The notes under the pieces are model-generated. The model was not told the DNA's origin, made no database searches, and was given only the letters and a program-made list of their open reading frames with translations. A program made the position numbers and the translations under genes. Source: Promethearchaeota archaeon (lineage in GTDB: Archaea; Asgardarchaeota; Lokiarchaeia; Sigyniarchaeales; SOKP01). From it: a DNA stretch of 64,000 nt. Within the stretch, counting starts at the first letter, position 1. Every line of letters begins with the position of its first letter. Positions 41,071 to 50,233 of the stretch are shown one piece after another. The DNA lies in the NCBI GenBank assembly GCA_048940445.1, contig JBHLON010000019.1, positions 1-64,000 on the forward strand, in the 5' to 3' direction.

Positions 41071-41243
41071 TTATTTGGTTCTCTCTAAAATAATTACTAT
41101 ACCTTGATACACACCAGAAGGAACAGTTTCAACCACATAATTTCCATGTTCAGATTCCATAATTCTTGCTAATGTTCCAATTAAATATACCAATCATACC
41201 AATAAGATTTCTCAATGAATAGGCAGTTCTTTTATATTTAATC
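41071..41243 (-). pseudogene. Degenerate thiolase C-terminal remnant
   Basis: With frameshifts reads RLNIK..SLRNLIGMIG../LIGTLARIMESEHGNYVVETVPSGVYQGIVIILER*, resembling a thiolase C-terminus. Confidence 0.55.
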
Positions 41244-41328
41244 GAGCTCTTCCATTTAATTATCACAATTTTTTTATTATTTTACTAAATTATTATTAAA
41301 TAGTATTATAAGAAGTTGTAGTATCTTT

Positions 41329-42414
41329 TTACTTTTGAACTACCCAGAAATAAGTTCCCCCTTCTTTTATAAATTCTGCTTTTGTAAATTGTGTTGATTC
41401 GATAAACTCTCTAAAAGTTTTCTCATTATAAAAGTGCGCGGAACCCGCTTCAGAGAATTTATGAGTAATATCAAAAAGGCGAAATCTACTTTTAGGAGCA
41501 AAAGTATCAGGAACCATAGTCTCACCAACAAGCAAAATCCCTTCATCTTTTAATAGAGCATATAAATCTTGAAAGAACACGATACTGGAATCTTCATCAA
41601 GATTCATTTCGTGAAAAACTTGATTTAAAATGATTAAATCAAACTTCTTTTTTACACTATCTTTATATTTATGAATGCTACTTTTAATTAATTTAACTCT
41701 TTGATTCCAATTATTTCGTTCTAGCATCTCCTGTGTTGATTCAATAGCTATTGAGTCAATATCAATTCCCACGAATTGTGCTTTTTTGTATGCATTTGCC
41801 CAAGTCTCAAGATTATATCCATAACCACATCCAACCTCGAGAATCGTGCCATTTTCTTTTAATTTCTCACAGAAATCTTTATAATTTTTTGCAAATAGGC
41901 TATGTATTAAATTACCAAATCTCTTGCTTCTTTCTTGTAACTCTTTTACAATCTCGGGAGGCAATTGAAGGAGATTTATCGTTTTACCTGTCTTAAAATT
42001 ATTTAACATCAAATCTTGAATTAAGGCTATATTATAAAAGGCTCCAAGAGTACCTCCCACGTATGATTTATGGTTGCAATCAATAAGTAATTCATAAATA
42101 TATGGAGAAGTCCTTAACCATTTTTTTTGAGGATCATCTATTTCAAGAAGATCACATTCGAGCGCTAAATGAATCCATGCATCTAAATATTCTCTATCTA
42201 AACCAAGATTTTCGGATATTTCATCAGGTGTGAATCTTACAGCTGTATAATCAGATATTGATACTTTCTTACCCTTTATATAAAAATAGTCAAATATGCC
42301 CAATTTTCTGCCCATTCCAATTAAGATTATAGTGTTAAATCCATATAAGCTTTCTATAGCAAATCTTTTGATTTGATCTTTTAATGTAATAGTTCTTTCG
42401 GTATCCATTTTCAT
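41329..42414 (-). CDS. Class I SAM-dependent methyltransferase with N-terminal wHTH
   Basis: ILEVGCGYG, GIDID, FDLI...VFHE. Confidence 0.88.
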   Translation of the reverse strand: MKMDTERTITLKDQIKRFAIESLYGFNTIILIGMGRKLGIFDYFYIKGKKVSISDYTAVRFTPDEISENLGLDREYLDAWIHLALECDLLEIDDPQKKWLRTSPYIYELLIDCNHKSYVGGTLGAFYNIALIQDLMLNNFKTGKTINLLQLPPEIVKELQERSKRFGNLIHSLFAKNYKDFCEKLKENGTILEVGCGYGYNLETWANAYKKAQFVGIDIDSIAIESTQEMLERNNWNQRVKLIKSSIHKYKDSVKKKFDLIILNQVFHEMNLDEDSSIVFFQDLYALLKDEGILLVGETMVPDTFAPKSRFRLFDITHKFSEAGSAHFYNEKTFREFIESTQFTKAEFIKEGGTYFWVVQK

Positions 42415-42601
42415 TACCAGTCACACAGACATTTCAAATATAAATCTTTGCAAATTCTTTTTAGATGACTATAATTTGACATTTAATTAATTATATTCGA
42501 ATAATAAAACTTAAGAATTATTCGATTTTACTAAATTCACTATAGTTTTTAATGATTAACATCCTAAAATCGATTAAAATTTCGTTAAAAAGGGAAAAAT
42601 A

Positions 42602-43786
42602 ATGAGTATAAATTTTACTGAAGAACAAGAAATGATTCAGGAAAGTGTAAGAGAATTTGCTCAGAGTAAAATTGCTCCAATTGCACTTAAAATGGAAGAG
42701 GCAAAAGAAATACCTAGGGAAATCGTTAAAGGAATGGCAGAATTAGGACTTATGACATGTACTGCGGATGAGAAATATGGAGGTCCTGGCTTGAGCGCTG
42801 TAAGTGCTGGTGTTATAGCAGAGGAATTAGCTAAAGCAGATTGTACTGGATCTACTTGTGTATATTTTTTAGTCCCTGCCTCATGGGGTTTTCTATTAAA
42901 TAAATACGGAACAGAAGAAGCTAAACAAGAAATTTTTCCGAAAACTGTCTCCGGAGAATGGTTTCTTGGAATAGCAACTACTGAAAGTGATGCTGGTTCG
43001 GATGTTGGTGCTACTAAAACAACCATAAAACCTGATGGGGATGGATTTGTTGTTAATGGTGAAAAAATGTACATCAGCGGTGTTAGAGAAGCTGCAACTT
43101 ATGGTGGTGGTCATGTTACAATTGCACACCAAACTCCCAGTCTTGGAACAAGAGGTATGACGATGTTTTATTTACCATTAACAGCTGAAGGTATTACTCC
43201 CACCTATGTGGCTGATTTAGGACGAGAAGGTATTTCTTGTGGAGGTTTTTCAATTGACAATGTAAAGATACCGAAACATTATATTATTGGTGAAGAAAAT
43301 AAAGGATTTTATATAGTACACGAAGGATATGAATATGCAAGAGCATTGATTACTGTTATATGTGCTTCTGCGGGTTTAAAGTCGTTAGAAAATGGAATGA
43401 ATTATATCCAAGAAAGAAAATCATTTGGAAAACCATTAGCACAATATCAAGGTATTAACTTTAAATTAGCTGAACATTACACAAAATTAAATATGTTAAG
43501 AGATTGGGGGTACAAAGCATTAAAAACCATTGACTTAGAACAAGCTGGAAAAGTAAGCAGATTTGAAACAAGCAAAATTGTAGCAATGGGAAAAATGTTT
43601 TGTTCTCAATGGGCGTGTGAGGCAATAAATGATGTAATGCAATGGCAAGGAGCTTTTGGATATTCTCGAGAATGCCTCGACCAGGCTGCATGGCGAGCTG
43701 TTAGATCATTTTCACTTGCGGAAGGAAGTTCAGAGGTTATGAAGATGATTGTTTCCAGAGAGATACTCGGTAAGAAACAATATTAA
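42602..43786 (+). CDS. Acyl-CoA dehydrogenase
   Basis: TTESDAGSD, NGEKMYIS, ERKSFGKPL, GAFGYS, EGSSEV. Confidence 0.95.
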   Translation: MSINFTEEQEMIQESVREFAQSKIAPIALKMEEAKEIPREIVKGMAELGLMTCTADEKYGGPGLSAVSAGVIAEELAKADCTGSTCVYFLVPASWGFLLNKYGTEEAKQEIFPKTVSGEWFLGIATTESDAGSDVGATKTTIKPDGDGFVVNGEKMYISGVREAATYGGGHVTIAHQTPSLGTRGMTMFYLPLTAEGITPTYVADLGREGISCGGFSIDNVKIPKHYIIGEENKGFYIVHEGYEYARALITVICASAGLKSLENGMNYIQERKSFGKPLAQYQGINFKLAEHYTKLNMLRDWGYKALKTIDLEQAGKVSRFETSKIVAMGKMFCSQWACEAINDVMQWQGAFGYSRECLDQAAWRAVRSFSLAEGSSEVMKMIVSREILGKKQY

Positions 43787-43874
43787 TTAACTTTTTTTTA
43801 TATTTTTAATATCTTTATTTAACTCTTAAAAGATAGAGAATGAATTTAGAATTTCAAGTTCGTTTTGATAAATA

Positions 43875-44663
43875 ATGAGATTCATAGTATGTGTTAAACA
43901 AGTACCAGATACAACTGAGGTCAAGATTGACAGTGAAACTAATACTTTAATTCGAGAAGGTGTTCCAAGCATCTTGAATCCTTTTGATCAGTTTGCACTT
44001 GAAGAAGCAATTAAGATCAAAAAAGAAGATGATAAAATTACTGTCATTTCTATGGGACCTCCTCAAGCTAAAAAGGCATTATTGAAATGTCTGGCTTTGG
44101 GAGCAGATGAGGCGATCTTATTAACTGATAAAGCATTTGCAGGTGCAGATACTTGGGCGACATCCTATACGCTTGTCAAATGTATAGAGAAAATTGGAGA
44201 TTTTGATATTATTTTCTGTGGTTTACAAGCAATAGATGGAGATACAGCTCAAGTTGGTCCTGAAATTGCAGCTCAATTAGGGATTCCACAGATAACTTAT
44301 TGTGAGAATGTTGAAAAATTAGAAGGAAAAAAATTAACAGCTAAAGTTCAAACTGATGATGGATATGAAATTGTGGAGGCAAGACTTCCAGTACTTATAA
44401 CTGGAATCACTCCATCTTCATTTGAGCCATCAAACCCGCCTATGATGAGTATAATGAAGGCTAATAAAAAACCATTTTTTACATGGAATGCTGATAATCT
44501 TGGAGGCAAGAAAGAGGATTATGGATTAAATGGGTCTTTAACAGAGGTTATAAGAATTTATTCGCCACCTGCAAGACCACAAGGGGTTATTCTAGAGGAA
44601 GATACACCTGGAACTTCTGTTCAAAAACTAATAGAACTATTATCAAAAGATAAGGTGATTTAA
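43875..44663 (+). CDS. etfB: Electron transfer flavoprotein beta subunit
   Basis: VCVKQVPDT, NPFD.FALEEA, GADTWATS, DGDTAQVG. Confidence 0.95.
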   Translation: MRFIVCVKQVPDTTEVKIDSETNTLIREGVPSILNPFDQFALEEAIKIKKEDDKITVISMGPPQAKKALLKCLALGADEAILLTDKAFAGADTWATSYTLVKCIEKIGDFDIIFCGLQAIDGDTAQVGPEIAAQLGIPQITYCENVEKLEGKKLTAKVQTDDGYEIVEARLPVLITGITPSSFEPSNPPMMSIMKANKKPFFTWNADNLGGKKEDYGLNGSLTEVIRIYSPPARPQGVILEEDTPGTSVQKLIELLSKDKVI

Positions 44664-44664
44664 T

Positions 44665-45861
44665 GTGATCAATGTGGACAAAGAAAAATGTACTGGATGT
44701 GGATTATGTGAAAAAGCATGTCCCTTCGGTGCTATTATAATTGTTGATGAAATTGCCAATATAGGAGATGAATGTACCCTATGTGGTGCATGTGTAGATA
44801 AATGTAATGTAGGTGCAATTACAATTCAACGAAAAAAGGTTGAAAAAGTGGATCTCTCAAAGTATCAAGATGTGTGGGTTGTTGCTGAAATAAAGGATAA
44901 GCATGTTAGGAATGTTTCATATGAACTATTAGGTAAAGCTAAGGGACTTGCAAATGAATTGAATCAAAAAGTATGTGTAATACTCATAGGAGATCAAATA
45001 AAAAAATTTATACAAGATTTTTCTAAACGTGGTGCTAAAAAAATATATGTTGCTGAGCATGAGGCTTTAAAGTATTATCACACTGAAACCTATTCGTCTG
45101 TAATCACTGGGATAATTTCAAGATATAATCCAAATATAGTATTATATCCAGCAACTATAAATGGAAGAGATTTAGCACCTAGAGTTGCCGCAACACTTCA
45201 ATTAGGTCTTACTGCTGACTGTACTGGGTTATCTATACGAGATGGATTATTATTACAAACAAGGCCAGCCTTTGGGGGTAATATCATGGCTGATATAATC
45301 TGCCCTTCGACAAGGCCCCAAATGGCAACTGTTAGGCCTAATGTAATGGAGCCAGCACCAATTCAAGAAGATGATAATAGCACAGAGATCATTGAAATAC
45401 CAGTAAAGATAGATCTCCAAGGCTTAAAAGTAAAAGTAATAAAAGAAATTAAGGCGATGGCTGCTGAATGTGGGATCCCAGTCTGTGAAGCTGATACTAT
45501 TGTATCTGGTGGAAGAGGTGTTGGAAGTAAGGAAAATTTTAAGTTAATCGAAAATTTAGCTAATGTTTTAAATGCTGCTGTGGGAGCAAGTAGAGCAGCT
45601 GTTGACTTGGGCTGGATTCCAAAGTCACAACAAGTTGGACAGAGTGGTAATACTGTCTCTCCCAAGATTTATATCGCATGTGGAATAAGCGGGACAATCC
45701 AACATATGGTTGGAATGAAGAGTAGTGATATAATAATTGCTATCAATAAGGATCCCAATGCTGCAATATTCAGTATCGCAAATTATGGGATTGTTGGAGA
45801 TTTATGTGAGGTAGTACCTTTATTAACCAAAGCCTTTAAAAAGAAATTAAGCCAAAATTGA
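44665..45861 (+). CDS. etfA: Electron transfer flavoprotein alpha subunit with N-terminal 2x[4Fe-4S] domain
   Basis: Two CxxCxxCxxxC motifs, GLTADCT, SGGRG, QVGQSG, GISGTIQH. Confidence 0.95.
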   Translation: MINVDKEKCTGCGLCEKACPFGAIIIVDEIANIGDECTLCGACVDKCNVGAITIQRKKVEKVDLSKYQDVWVVAEIKDKHVRNVSYELLGKAKGLANELNQKVCVILIGDQIKKFIQDFSKRGAKKIYVAEHEALKYYHTETYSSVITGIISRYNPNIVLYPATINGRDLAPRVAATLQLGLTADCTGLSIRDGLLLQTRPAFGGNIMADIICPSTRPQMATVRPNVMEPAPIQEDDNSTEIIEIPVKIDLQGLKVKVIKEIKAMAAECGIPVCEADTIVSGGRGVGSKENFKLIENLANVLNAAVGASRAAVDLGWIPKSQQVGQSGNTVSPKIYIACGISGTIQHMVGMKSSDIIIAINKDPNAAIFSIANYGIVGDLCEVVPLLTKAFKKKLSQN

Positions 45862-45971
45862 ACCCTATGGGAAAAGGACTCTTTTTCTTATTATTATTGT
45901 ATTTTTATTGTTTTTAAAATTTAAATTTATTAAAGTTGAATTAATAATAAATATCTGAAAAGTGATTAAAA

Positions 45972-47261
45972 ATGGTTAAATTCACAACACAAGCAATTAA
46001 GGATGAGATCCTTGAAAAATTAAATCTTAAGTATAGATACAAATTTCTCAATGAAAATCTGATATCTATTCTTTCTGAAGATCAACTAAACTTCCTCAAT
46101 GAAGTTCAAAAATTTTGTTTAAGATTTGAAAGAGACAACCATATCACTCATGGACCTGACGAAGATATCTATGAGTGGTATCCTGCTTTTGGGAAAGAAG
46201 GTTACATTACTCGTCAACATGACTTTGAAGTGATTGGTGAAAATTATCAAGAATATGGATTAGCAATGGACTTTATGAGGACTTTAGCTCTTGATTTTTT
46301 TGACCCTCAATTAGCTATGAGTTTTGGAGCTACTGTAATCGGAATTAACCCAATCTATGACCATCATGAAAACGTCCCTGTAAGATTACAAGCATTAAAG
46401 GAATTGGTAACGGGACAAACACCAGGATGCCTTCTAATAACAGAACCAGAACGAGGTTCTGATGCAGTACATCAACTAACATTATGCGAAGAGCAAAGTG
46501 ATGGTAGTTTTCTCTTAAATGGAGAAAAAATTTATCAAACCAATGCTCCAAAATCTAAGTGGGCAGTAGCCTATGCCACCGCAGAGAAAAATAATGGTAA
46601 TAAAATGGCTCAATTCTTAATTAACACGTCCTGGGAAGGATGGAATTGTTTAAGAATCGACATTCCTTGGGTACCTAAACTCTACCTCGGAAAAGAATAC
46701 CTGGTTAATCTTAGAGTACCGAAAGAATATATATTAGGGGGAATCGGAAAAGGGAGAGATCATCTTTTTGAAGGATTAGTTCCAGAAAGAATTGCTATTG
46801 CATTACGAGGGGTGGCAGAAAGTTGGGGAGCCTTAGCACATGCAACTATTTATGCTAATATGAGAAAGCAATTTGATCAAGAAATTTTACTTTTTCAAGG
46901 GGTAGGATTTCTACTAACAGATCTCTGGGCGAAAACAACTCAATTGACTCATGCAATATTAAAATTTTGTGAATCCTATGATGATAAAATGTTCAAATAT
47001 GGAGGAAGTTTACCAAAAGATATCTCAGATTCTATGGTGGCATCAGCAAGTCAATATAAATATAGCTGTGCTAAATTGTCTCAAAAAATTTGTTATGAAG
47101 CTGCTAATCTAATGGGTGGGGCAGGTCTATGTTCAGATACATTAATGCATGACCTCTTGAATATATCTAGAATTCAAGAAATAATTGGAGGAGCTAGACA
47201 AATTCATAACTTTATCATGTCTCGAGGGTTAAGGAGATTGTTCAAAAAAGTTATTAATTAA
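45972..47261 (+). CDS. Acyl-CoA dehydrogenase family protein
   Basis: ITEPERGSDA, LNGEKIY.TN, RKQFD, GGAG, EIIGG. Confidence 0.9.
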   Translation: MVKFTTQAIKDEILEKLNLKYRYKFLNENLISILSEDQLNFLNEVQKFCLRFERDNHITHGPDEDIYEWYPAFGKEGYITRQHDFEVIGENYQEYGLAMDFMRTLALDFFDPQLAMSFGATVIGINPIYDHHENVPVRLQALKELVTGQTPGCLLITEPERGSDAVHQLTLCEEQSDGSFLLNGEKIYQTNAPKSKWAVAYATAEKNNGNKMAQFLINTSWEGWNCLRIDIPWVPKLYLGKEYLVNLRVPKEYILGGIGKGRDHLFEGLVPERIAIALRGVAESWGALAHATIYANMRKQFDQEILLFQGVGFLLTDLWAKTTQLTHAILKFCESYDDKMFKYGGSLPKDISDSMVASASQYKYSCAKLSQKICYEAANLMGGAGLCSDTLMHDLLNISRIQEIIGGARQIHNFIMSRGLRRLFKKVIN

Positions 47262-47297
47262 AAAGTAAAGAGAAGCTGCATTTAATCTATTGATAAA

Positions 47298-48152
47298 TCA
47301 AAGTTTTCTTATTTCATTTATGATATCTGAGCTTTCTTTTATTTTTTCATTAAAAATGTCAATTACTTCAATTAACTTTTCATCTTTATTTGCATTGACT
47401 TTATTGATGATTAACTTATTTGCCAGATCCAAAGCTTGGAGTACATTTGCTAAATTATGAGAATATAAGTCTTTTAACTTATTCTTTTGTTTAAAATTGA
47501 TATTATATTCTAGATGGATTAAGAAAATAACAATTAAAATTGTTGAGATCAGACCAGGTAACCAATACAACATTAAAAAAATTGTATTGCTTGATGTATA
47601 GATACCTACAGAGCCCAACTGAAAAGTGGTATAAAATGTAAGAGGGAGATAAATTGATAAAAATAAACCTGTTATGTAATACCATCTTATACTACTCCCA
47701 AGTCTTTCCTTTAAGGGTTCAAATTTAATCACAAGTATAAGAAAAATGCTTACAACAGAGATAATCAAAACTGTACTGGCAAATATCGAGCCGATTGCTT
47801 TTCCGAAAAAAAGTAAGAGGACTAGAGGAATTAAAATTATTAATAGCGAAATTAGCAATATAAATTTAGGCTTTATTTCCATAAAATAAGAAAATACGCC
47901 TAATAATAAATAAAATCCAGCTAATGCCGCAAATATTGAATTAATAAATATAAAGTCTTCTAAAAAAAATGCATTGTAATATAACGCCCCTATTATTAGT
48001 AATAAACTAGCAATTGCCCAACTAATCCACCCAATAATGAAGAAGATAAACCCTCTTTTTCTATTAAAATAAAAGAAATCAGTAGAAACTCCTAATGCTA
48101 TTATTCTAATAATAGTTAATGCCATCAAACTATAAAGCGCAATTATATTCAA
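47298..48152 (-). CDS. 7-TM membrane protein with C-terminal HisKA-like helix
   Basis: About 7 hydrophobic segments then DLYSHNLANVLQAL; no ATPase domain. Confidence 0.6.
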   Translation of the reverse strand: MNIIALYSLMALTIIRIIALGVSTDFFYFNRKRGFIFFIIGWISWAIASLLLIIGALYYNAFFLEDFIFINSIFAALAGFYLLLGVFSYFMEIKPKFILLISLLIILIPLVLLLFFGKAIGSIFASTVLIISVVSIFLILVIKFEPLKERLGSSIRWYYITGLFLSIYLPLTFYTTFQLGSVGIYTSSNTIFLMLYWLPGLISTILIVIFLIHLEYNINFKQKNKLKDLYSHNLANVLQALDLANKLIINKVNANKDEKLIEVIDIFNEKIKESSDIINEIRKL

Positions 48153-48559
48153 TCTATTCCCCTCCTTAGTGTTATAATCACAATCTATTTGAACAATCAG
48201 ATTAATTTAATTTAAATCTATTTCTTAAAATTGTTTTATATTAACTAATTTTTTACATAAGAAAATTACTTAATTGACAATAAATCATATTCTTTAACAA
48301 ATGCATTTATCTTTAATTTAAAAAATTACGAATTAACAGAGTCAGCCATAGATTTATACACTGACTCTTTTAAAACTACTAAATTAAGAAGTAAAACTTA
48401 TATGTTTCTTATCTTTCTCTTCTTTCCTCTGACTCATTACTTATTAAAATTCTGAGATTCACGGCATATAATCTTTATTAAATTCTGGTAGGTCATTTAT
48501 TTATTAAATGAAATATTAAAATATTTTATTACAACGTAACCGGAAAGGGATGCATTAAA

Positions 48560-49783
48560 ATGAATGAAGTTGCAATAATTGGGGTTGGTCACACTAAATT
48601 TGGAGTTTTAAAAAATAAGGATTTATTAGATTTACTTTGTGATGCATCATTAGACGCTCTTGAAGATTCAAATACAACTGAGAAAGATTTTGATTCTGTT
48701 TATGTTGGAGTTATGTGCCCGGGAGAATTCAATCACATTACAGGAGTTGCAAGCGCTTTAGTTGACAGAATTAGCTTATTACCAGCAGCAGCAGATCATA
48801 TTGAAAATGGACCTGCAAGTGGAGGGTCAGCTATTAAAGCAGGATTTCAAGCTATAGCATCAGGTATGAGTGATTTAGTTTTAGTTGTTGGGGGAGAGAA
48901 GATGACTCATATTGATATTCCAGGATATGTGACTTCAATAGTTGCTACAATAACCCATCCGCAAGCAGAGCGTTCACATGGTGTATCATTACCTTCTTTA
49001 GGGGGGTTGTTAACTAGAAGTTACTTAGAAAAATATAATGCTAAATTAGAATGGATATCGGAAATTGCCATAAAAAATCACAAAAATGGAGCTCTTAATC
49101 CTAATGCTCATTTTCAAAGATCTATTAATGATTTCATGAAAAGTGCGATAAATAAAGGAAAAGGGAATTGGAATAGCGTTTATGAATTTTTAGATGATGT
49201 CAAAGTTAACCCAATTATCGCTGATCCATTAAGGCTTTTCCATGTTTGTCCTATTTCAGATGGAGCTGCAGCTTTGGTTTTATGCAATGCAGATATTGCC
49301 AATAAGTATTCTGATACTCCCATTTTAATATCAGGTATTGGTCAAGCTACGGATACACATGCAATTATTGAACGTGAAGACATTACAACCCTAAAAGCTC
49401 TTAGATTATGTTCAAAACAAGCATACAATATGGCCAATAAAAAACCAAGTGATATAGATGTTGCTGAACTTCATGATGCATTTGAAATTCTTGAAGCTGT
49501 TCAAAGTGAAGATATTGGTTTCTTCAAAAAGGGAGAAGGTGCGAAAGCTGCACATGAAGGTTTAACCGAAATAGGTGGAAAGATTCCAATTAATCCATCG
49601 GGAGGACTGAAAGCCAGAGGGCACCCGCTTGGAGCAACTGGGGTAGCGCAAGTCGTAGAACTAGTATGGCAATTACGAGGAGAAGCAGGAAAAAGACAAG
49701 TTAATGGGGCTAATGTGGGCATTACATGTAATTTTGGAGGATTTGGGAACAATATTATATCAATTTTAGCAGAAAGAATTTAA
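48560..49783 (+). CDS. Archaeal/SCP2-type thiolase-family protein
   Basis: CPISDGAAA, ELHDAF, NPSGGLKARGHPLGATG; ENGPASG in place of ENACASG. Confidence 0.9.
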   Translation: MNEVAIIGVGHTKFGVLKNKDLLDLLCDASLDALEDSNTTEKDFDSVYVGVMCPGEFNHITGVASALVDRISLLPAAADHIENGPASGGSAIKAGFQAIASGMSDLVLVVGGEKMTHIDIPGYVTSIVATITHPQAERSHGVSLPSLGGLLTRSYLEKYNAKLEWISEIAIKNHKNGALNPNAHFQRSINDFMKSAINKGKGNWNSVYEFLDDVKVNPIIADPLRLFHVCPISDGAAALVLCNADIANKYSDTPILISGIGQATDTHAIIEREDITTLKALRLCSKQAYNMANKKPSDIDVAELHDAFEILEAVQSEDIGFFKKGEGAKAAHEGLTEIGGKIPINPSGGLKARGHPLGATGVAQVVELVWQLRGEAGKRQVNGANVGITCNFGGFGNNIISILAERI

Positions 49784-50148
49784 ATCTATCTCAAAATAGT
49801 TAGAGTTGTCTATTAATCATTGTTTAAAAAAAAAATTCAAAAAAAAAAACGATTTAACTTTTAAAAATTGAACATAAATTTTTAGACATATTTAAAAGAA
49901 GGGGATTTTAAAGGAATCCAATTAGAATTATAATTGTAGCCACGAAATTTCCTCCTTCTGTAGTATAAAGACTGATTCCCCCATTTGGTGATGTTAAATC
50001 TGCAAGTGTTACATTTGATAATTGTAGATCAACAAATAGACCAATTAAGATTGAAAATAGAACATTAAAAAACAAAAACCAGTAAATATATCAACTCCCG
50101 ATAGAAATGAAAGATATTAAAAAAATTGGTTTGATTTAAAGACAATTA

Positions 50149-50178
50149 TGTCAAAGATCCTTCCTTGTGATTTTATAT
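50149..50178 (+). promoter_or_regulatory. Conserved upstream motif, copy 1
   Basis: TGTCAAAGATCCTTCCTTGTGATTTTATAT. Confidence 0.75.
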
Positions 50179-50233
50179 TGATAAATAGATCTAATTTATA
50201 ATAATCAAATATCTTAAAAAAAAGGCGTTTCTA

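Noticed and set aside
49905-50100. Broken minus-strand membrane-protein-like frame
   Set aside because: Frameshifted, with no start or family evidence
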